Origin: a virus
Lineage: Duplodnaviria; Caudoviricetes
Length of the DNA: 58,265 nt
IMG/VR virus record: IMGVR_UViG_3300022179_000289
Coordinates: 1 to 58,265 of that record
Direction: 5' to 3' (one strand)
Shown: piece by piece, positions 53,438-58,265 of the stretch
Layout: each line of letters begins with the position of its first letter
Numbering within the stretch: position 1 is the first letter of the stretch
Made by a program: the position numbers and the translations under genes
Notes under the pieces: model-generated
The model's input: the letters and a program-made list of their open reading frames with translations, nothing else
What the model was told of the DNA's origin: nothing
The model's database searches: none

Positions 53438-55917
53438 TCAATTTCCTCTGGTTGCTGGGTTGGAGAAACAGGGGTTTGAGTAGCTTGGAACTGTTCGCGG
53501 GCGACTTCAACACCCAAACGAAGTCCTTCCATCTGCTCCTTGGCGGACAGGTTTGACTGATCCGTTGCCATCTTGGCCCCCACTTGGAGGCCAGCGATTT
53601 CTTCTTGCGACTCGATACGCATCTGCTCAAGTTCGAGCCGGTCGTTCTTCTCAGCAGCGTCAATTTGTAGCTTCTGCTTCTTGAGTTCGAGTTCGCCCTT
53701 CTTGATCTCAAGCTCAGCCATCTGCATCTGGATGATTGGGTCCTGAGCCATCTGCTGTGCTTGCTGCTGTTGCGCTTCAGACTGGTTCTTCTGGAGCAAC
53801 TGCGACGAAGCAGCGGCAGCAAGCCGTGAAATGGCAAGCTCAGTGTTCTCATCCATCTCAGCGTTTGGTGGAGGCAGTGGTACACCGGCCTGCTCTTCGA
53901 CCTGTTTGCGGTACTCGAAGGCCAAATGCTCAGCGATGTGCGCCTGCATAGCAGCTTGCATAGCCTGCGCGTTGGGGTTCTGACCCATAAGCTGCGCAAC
54001 CTTGGGGTCTTGCATCGCGTTCATGTGGACCTGAATATGCGCTTCGTGGTCTTGGTAGATAAACGCCTTGACCGGCTTACCGTTAATGACGTCCATGTTC
54101 TCAGACACAGGGTCACGTGGCTTCATGTCGTCACCGTCCTTGAGCGGGACAAGCTTCTCGGCATTCTGAATGCCAAGCACTTCAAGCATCTGACGGTGTA
54201 GATACGGCATATCGTAAAGCTGTGGTGCACCCTGCGCGAGTTGCAGAACTGCTTGATATTGCACGATCTTCTGCGCCATGGTGGCAGCATTAGGGTCACT
54301 GACAGGGATGACCGTGACCATGTCATAGTCAGATTTCTTAGCCTTACGGCTACCTTCTTCCGGCTCGTAGTTATACGCTTCTGGCGTATAATCCGCGATG
54401 ATACCTTTGAGGAGCTTGAACTCCTGCTTCATCGAGTAGTGGATGCGTGCCTGAATAGCCGACATGGTCTTGAGCGTGCGCTCAAGGATCGCCAGCGTGG
54501 TACCGACAGGGGCTTGCCCCGACATGTCAGAGACCTGCAAATCAGCCGCAGAGGCGAAGCGACGACCTTCCTCTACGATGGTGCCGAGGAGGCTGTACAG
54601 AACTTGGCTTGGTTCTTTGTACGGCAACGGCATGATGTTATCACGCATCGTACCCGAGGCCACGTCCACATCACGCCATTCAGCCGGAGCGATAGGCGTA
54701 TCGTCACCCTTGACCCTCAGACCCTTAGTTTTAAACCCACCCGGTAGGTTAGATAGAGTACCAGCATCAACAAGCTGCCGAATAAGGCTGGTACCAGACT
54801 TAGCAAAAGCACCAACAAGGTGAATAAGGCCAAAAGCGTAGAAGCCAAAGCCCGGAACGTACGCGTAATGTACGAAATGGTTGCGTTTCTTTTTAAGGTC
54901 ATCCTCGGGGTCCCAGTTACGACGGATAGACAGGATCGTCTCGGTCGCCTTGTCCATGGTCACAACGTAAGGGACGGCAATCTCAGCTTCAGCCTCGTCT
55001 TCAGCAAATTTGTCGTCTGGCAGGACCAAATCGACGTGCATTTCGAGTAGCTTGTACCGGTCGTCAGACGAAGCTCGGAAGCCCATCTTCTCAGCGATAG
55101 CCTTCTCGATGTCATCGAGCGTATCGACAGGCTCAGGCAGGTCTACATCACGGTAAAAGCCCGACGCTTGGAGCTTTTTAAGCTCGTTCGGGGTCTTCCG
55201 CATCACATGGGTGACACGTCCAGCGACTTCCAAACTGGACGCGCCATAAGGTACCACGACATCTTCTGCCGGAAGGTACATCGACGCCTGACGACCGAGT
55301 GATGGGTCGAAATACACCTTCTTGAACGCATTTCCTGCAAGGCCCAACCCCCACAGCATGCGCTCATGTTCAGGGCGATACTCGACCATCACATCGGTCA
55401 ACTGGTAATTCATATCAGCTTGGACACGCGCAGCGGCATCGCGCTTCTCAGGCGTTTCTTTACCAATAATCTCCGTGCGCACTGGTCCAGCGGCAGGAAA
55501 TGTCTCCATCATGGTCTCAGCTTGGAACTTAACCAAAGCTTCGGAGAGGAGCGGGTGGTAGACGCCGCAGGCACCCGGCCAAGGCTCAGTACGGTCTTCG
55601 ACCTTCATACCAAGCAGTTCGAGACCATCGACGTAGGTCTGTATCCAGTCCTTGCGGCTCGACAGGTCTTCCTCAAACTCACCCAACAGGTCGCCCGCAA
55701 GCTGCGTAAGCTGACCTTCATCAAGGTCTTCGGCCAAGTTCTCGTTGAACTCGTCGTCTTCCTCCGCATCGGGGTCGATTTCGATCTCCATATCGCCCGA
55801 ACGGATGGTTACTTCCTCCGGGTCTTCGATCTCAATCTCGATATCAGGCTCGCGGCCCATCATATCTTCAGGTGAAAGGCCAAGCGGTGCTTGGTTGAGG
55901 GCTTTGTCGATGTCCAT
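53434..55917 (-). CDS. portal protein (P22-like, with Gln-rich barrel)
   Basis: 827 aa after the terminase; G.AFKKVY, GFYAFGL, Q-rich C-terminal coiled coil. Confidence 0.88.
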   Translation of the reverse strand: MDIDKALNQAPLGLSPEDMMGREPDIEIEIEDPEEVTIRSGDMEIEIDPDAEEDDEFNENLAEDLDEGQLTQLAGDLLGEFEEDLSSRKDWIQTYVDGLELLGMKVEDRTEPWPGACGVYHPLLSEALVKFQAETMMETFPAAGPVRTEIIGKETPEKRDAAARVQADMNYQLTDVMVEYRPEHERMLWGLGLAGNAFKKVYFDPSLGRQASMYLPAEDVVVPYGASSLEVAGRVTHVMRKTPNELKKLQASGFYRDVDLPEPVDTLDDIEKAIAEKMGFRASSDDRYKLLEMHVDLVLPDDKFAEDEAEAEIAVPYVVTMDKATETILSIRRNWDPEDDLKKKRNHFVHYAYVPGFGFYAFGLIHLVGAFAKSGTSLIRQLVDAGTLSNLPGGFKTKGLRVKGDDTPIAPAEWRDVDVASGTMRDNIMPLPYKEPSQVLYSLLGTIVEEGRRFASAADLQVSDMSGQAPVGTTLAILERTLKTMSAIQARIHYSMKQEFKLLKGIIADYTPEAYNYEPEEGSRKAKKSDYDMVTVIPVSDPNAATMAQKIVQYQAVLQLAQGAPQLYDMPYLHRQMLEVLGIQNAEKLVPLKDGDDMKPRDPVSENMDVINGKPVKAFIYQDHEAHIQVHMNAMQDPKVAQLMGQNPNAQAMQAAMQAHIAEHLAFEYRKQVEEQAGVPLPPPNAEMDENTELAISRLAAAASSQLLQKNQSEAQQQQAQQMAQDPIIQMQMAELEIKKGELELKKQKLQIDAAEKNDRLELEQMRIESQEEIAGLQVGAKMATDQSNLSAKEQMEGLRLGVEVAREQFQATQTPVSPTQQPEEIE

Positions 55918-57470
55918 TAATAATACCCCTGATTACGGTTTGACCTGAAATACTGGATTTCGTCCGGTTCGTCTAGCGTAGTAGTCACATAACCTCCACG
56001 ACGGAAGCGGTGCATTGCCATGGACACCGTATCGACATAGTCATCGTGGCTGCCTGCGGGAAATTCTGCAACTTCATCAATCACTTCTTCGGCCCACCGA
56101 GTTGCAGGTGCCCACACCCGTCCAGAGGCAAACAGATCGCTCACAGCGTTCAAGCGGGAGATTTTGTCGTTCCCCCGTGTAGGTGTAAACTCTTGTACCG
56201 GTATCCCCATCGCCCTCATCTCGTAGATCAAAGGTGCACCGGAAGCCTTTTTCTCGATTATCACACTGTCCGGGTCCCACTCTTTATACTCCTCGACTGC
56301 CACTTGTTTAAGCTCAGGGAACTCCATGCGGTCCCGGAAGGCATTCAGGAGGATAATGTTGGCCTGTTCAGTGCCTGTGTCGTCAGGATGATAAAAAACG
56401 CCCCATGTTGTGCACGCTGAATAGTCGGCACGTTGTGTTTTCTCGAAGGCCGTATCCCATGCCATGAGGATAAAGTCACATTGTGGCGGGTTGTCGCTCG
56501 GCCACTCCTGCCACCACTCACGCTTGACGATAGCCGCGCTTTCTGAGACCGGATTCTGCTGATACTGCGCCATCCACTTACTGTTCGGAACGTCGCGCTT
56601 AACTTTCTCAAGCTCGCTTAGCTCCCAGAACTCGGGCCACAGCGGCTTCTCCGAGGGTAAAATAGCTGGAAATTCAATAACTTCCCACTCATCAAGGCTG
56701 TCGTTGGCCGCTGCATCCTTGAGTATCTGCCCAGTCAGGTCGCGCTTCGACCAGCGCGTCATCACGACGACGATGGACCCACCCGGCTGGAGACGCTGAC
56801 GCGGACCTGAGGTGTACCACTCGTAGGTCTTATCGTAGATATCTGGGTTAACTTCCGCGATAGCAGCTTCCTGCTCGGAGTGCGGGTCATCAATGATGAG
56901 CACGTCGGCACCCTTACCGGTCACAGCACCACCGATACCGATAGCGAAGTAATCCCCGCCTTTGCTTGTATTCCATCGGCCAGCCGCCTTGGAGTCCGAG
57001 GCCAGCGAAAGGTCGGGGAAAATGCGGTGGTAAACTTCCGTATCCACCAAGTTACGCACCTTACGACCAAAGCCTACAGCGAGTTCTGCCGTGTGCGAGC
57101 ATTGGATAATCTTTTTATGGGGGTACTTTCCGAGGAACCATGCAGGGAGCAAGTAAGAGGCGAACTCCGACTTCGTGTGTCGCGGTGGCATATTAATAAT
57201 GAGGCGTTTGCACTCACCACGAGCAACGCGTTCGAAGGCGTCTGCCATTTTTGCATGATGTCGTCCCCCAATAAATGTCGGCCAGACCTCTCTGACGAAC
57301 CCGAGGAACTTGTCTTGGGCGGTCTTGGTCGTTTTAAGCTCGTCGAGCTTCTCCAACTCGGCCAGTAACTTCTCCTGCTCGTGCACAGGCAGCAAGTGTA
57401 AGATTTTCGGGATATCATCGAGCGATATCTCCTCCATTACCTTCCTATTAGGGGGACCGCGTCTTGCCAT
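55917..57470 (-). CDS. terL: terminase large subunit
   Basis: INMPPRHTKS Walker A, VLIIDD Walker B, MTRW, YQQ.P, WDTA, HDDYVD nuclease. Confidence 0.95.
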   Translation of the reverse strand: MARRGPPNRKVMEEISLDDIPKILHLLPVHEQEKLLAELEKLDELKTTKTAQDKFLGFVREVWPTFIGGRHHAKMADAFERVARGECKRLIINMPPRHTKSEFASYLLPAWFLGKYPHKKIIQCSHTAELAVGFGRKVRNLVDTEVYHRIFPDLSLASDSKAAGRWNTSKGGDYFAIGIGGAVTGKGADVLIIDDPHSEQEAAIAEVNPDIYDKTYEWYTSGPRQRLQPGGSIVVVMTRWSKRDLTGQILKDAAANDSLDEWEVIEFPAILPSEKPLWPEFWELSELEKVKRDVPNSKWMAQYQQNPVSESAAIVKREWWQEWPSDNPPQCDFILMAWDTAFEKTQRADYSACTTWGVFYHPDDTGTEQANIILLNAFRDRMEFPELKQVAVEEYKEWDPDSVIIEKKASGAPLIYEMRAMGIPVQEFTPTRGNDKISRLNAVSDLFASGRVWAPATRWAEEVIDEVAEFPAGSHDDYVDTVSMAMHRFRRGGYVTTTLDEPDEIQYFRSNRNQGYY

Positions 57471-58096
57471 TAGGCTTCGCTATCCTCTTCCTGTACAAAT
57501 TCCTGTACATCTTCGTCTTCGTCGTCTTCATTTTGGGGGATGTAGCGACCCAGTTCTTCATCCAAGTCTTCGCTCGCCGTGGGCATGTCGATGATCTTAG
57601 CGTTCAGCAGGCGCTTGACCCGCTCCTTAATGGCCGATTCAAGCGCGTCGGGTGAGTTATAATTGATGGTGATTTCGCTGCGCTCGGTGAAGAGCGAGAT
57701 GTCTGAGTGCTTGCCCAGCAGTTCCAGAGCGCGAAGCTCGAACTTCGTATCGCCACAGTTGGCAATCTCCAACAGCTTGTTGGTCAGCGCTGCGCGCACC
57801 TCGGTAATGTCATGTGCTAAGTTATGTCCATATTCGCGGACGAACGACGATGCTGCCAATGCCACAGGTAAACTCTTCAATGCTTCGCGGTTTTTGCCCT
57901 TGAGCGCCGACTTAATCAGCGCTTTTTCCTTCTCGATGGTCTTTTCGTCCACCTCTAGGGGTGCGCCAAGGCTCTCAATAAGCTCTGCGGTGTTCGCAGC
58001 GACCATCACCTCATCCATATAGGTGGGTAATTCTTCAACATCGAGGCTGAATGGGGGCGGATGTTTATCCGTAGGTTCTATTTTAACAACAGGCAT
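57470..58096 (-). CDS. putative terminase small subunit
   Basis: Directly upstream of terL; LRALELLGKH...LFTER helical motif; acidic tail. Confidence 0.7.
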   Translation of the reverse strand: MPVVKIEPTDKHPPPFSLDVEELPTYMDEVMVAANTAELIESLGAPLEVDEKTIEKEKALIKSALKGKNREALKSLPVALAASSFVREYGHNLAHDITEVRAALTNKLLEIANCGDTKFELRALELLGKHSDISLFTERSEITINYNSPDALESAIKERVKRLLNAKIIDMPTASEDLDEELGRYIPQNEDDEDEDVQEFVQEEDSEA

Positions 58097-58131
58097 GTGG
58101 CGCAGCGTCCGGTTTGAGGGAGCAGACGCGC

Positions 58132-58161
58132 CTTATACGTATAGCCATGGGAGTATGTAAA
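58132..58161 (-). promoter_or_regulatory. putative late-operon promoter
   Basis: TTTACA (58161-58156), 18 nt, TATAAG (58137-58132), ~35 nt upstream of the first late ATG. Confidence 0.55.
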
Positions 58162-58265
58162 GAGGTTAAAATATATACCCCGGGGGTAGGGGACCCAAAT
58201 AAACGATGACGGGGGGTGTTTCCCTAAATGCGGTATTTGGGGTAGCTGCCAGAAAAATGAGGTCT

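Noticed and set aside
1-58265. Integrase, tRNA genes, introns/inteins, stop-codon reassignment
   Set aside because: None recognised; polymerase, helicase and terminase are uninterrupted and of normal length, and genes tile densely under the standard code.

Overview
About 58 kb of a tailed dsDNA phage genome with podovirus-like gene content (no tape-measure or sheath genes). It starts mid-gene, so it is not a complete genome. There are two converging arms. The + strand arm (1-16.4 kb) holds small early genes and a replication module: VRR-NUC nuclease, family A DNA polymerase, Cas4-like exonuclease, SNF2 helicase, putative SSB, XRE HTH and primase-helicase. The - strand arm (58.1-16.4 kb) holds terminase, portal, GroES-like protein, scaffold, capsid, basic head proteins, tail adaptors and fibres, a 2OG-Fe(II) oxygenase cluster, a GH19 lysis cassette and ejection proteins. 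I see no integrase, tRNA or CRISPR array. An alphaproteobacterial host is weakly suggested (GcrA-like HTH, promoter style). Top finding: a candidate ~60-nt small RNA at 16375-16434 with its own promoter and terminator. Its 5' hairpin carries CAGUUUGCUCCU, the exact reverse complement of an extended Shine-Dalgarno motif (AGGAGCAAACTG) found in front of at least nine early/replication ORFs. Other highlights: three adjacent genes mimicking RNA polymerase alpha-CTD and sigma region 4; a four-armed 27-residue-repeat Gly-X-Y fibre next to hydroxylases; a double-pseudoknot RNA after the capsid gene. All annotations come from motif recognition by eye; no database searches were run.
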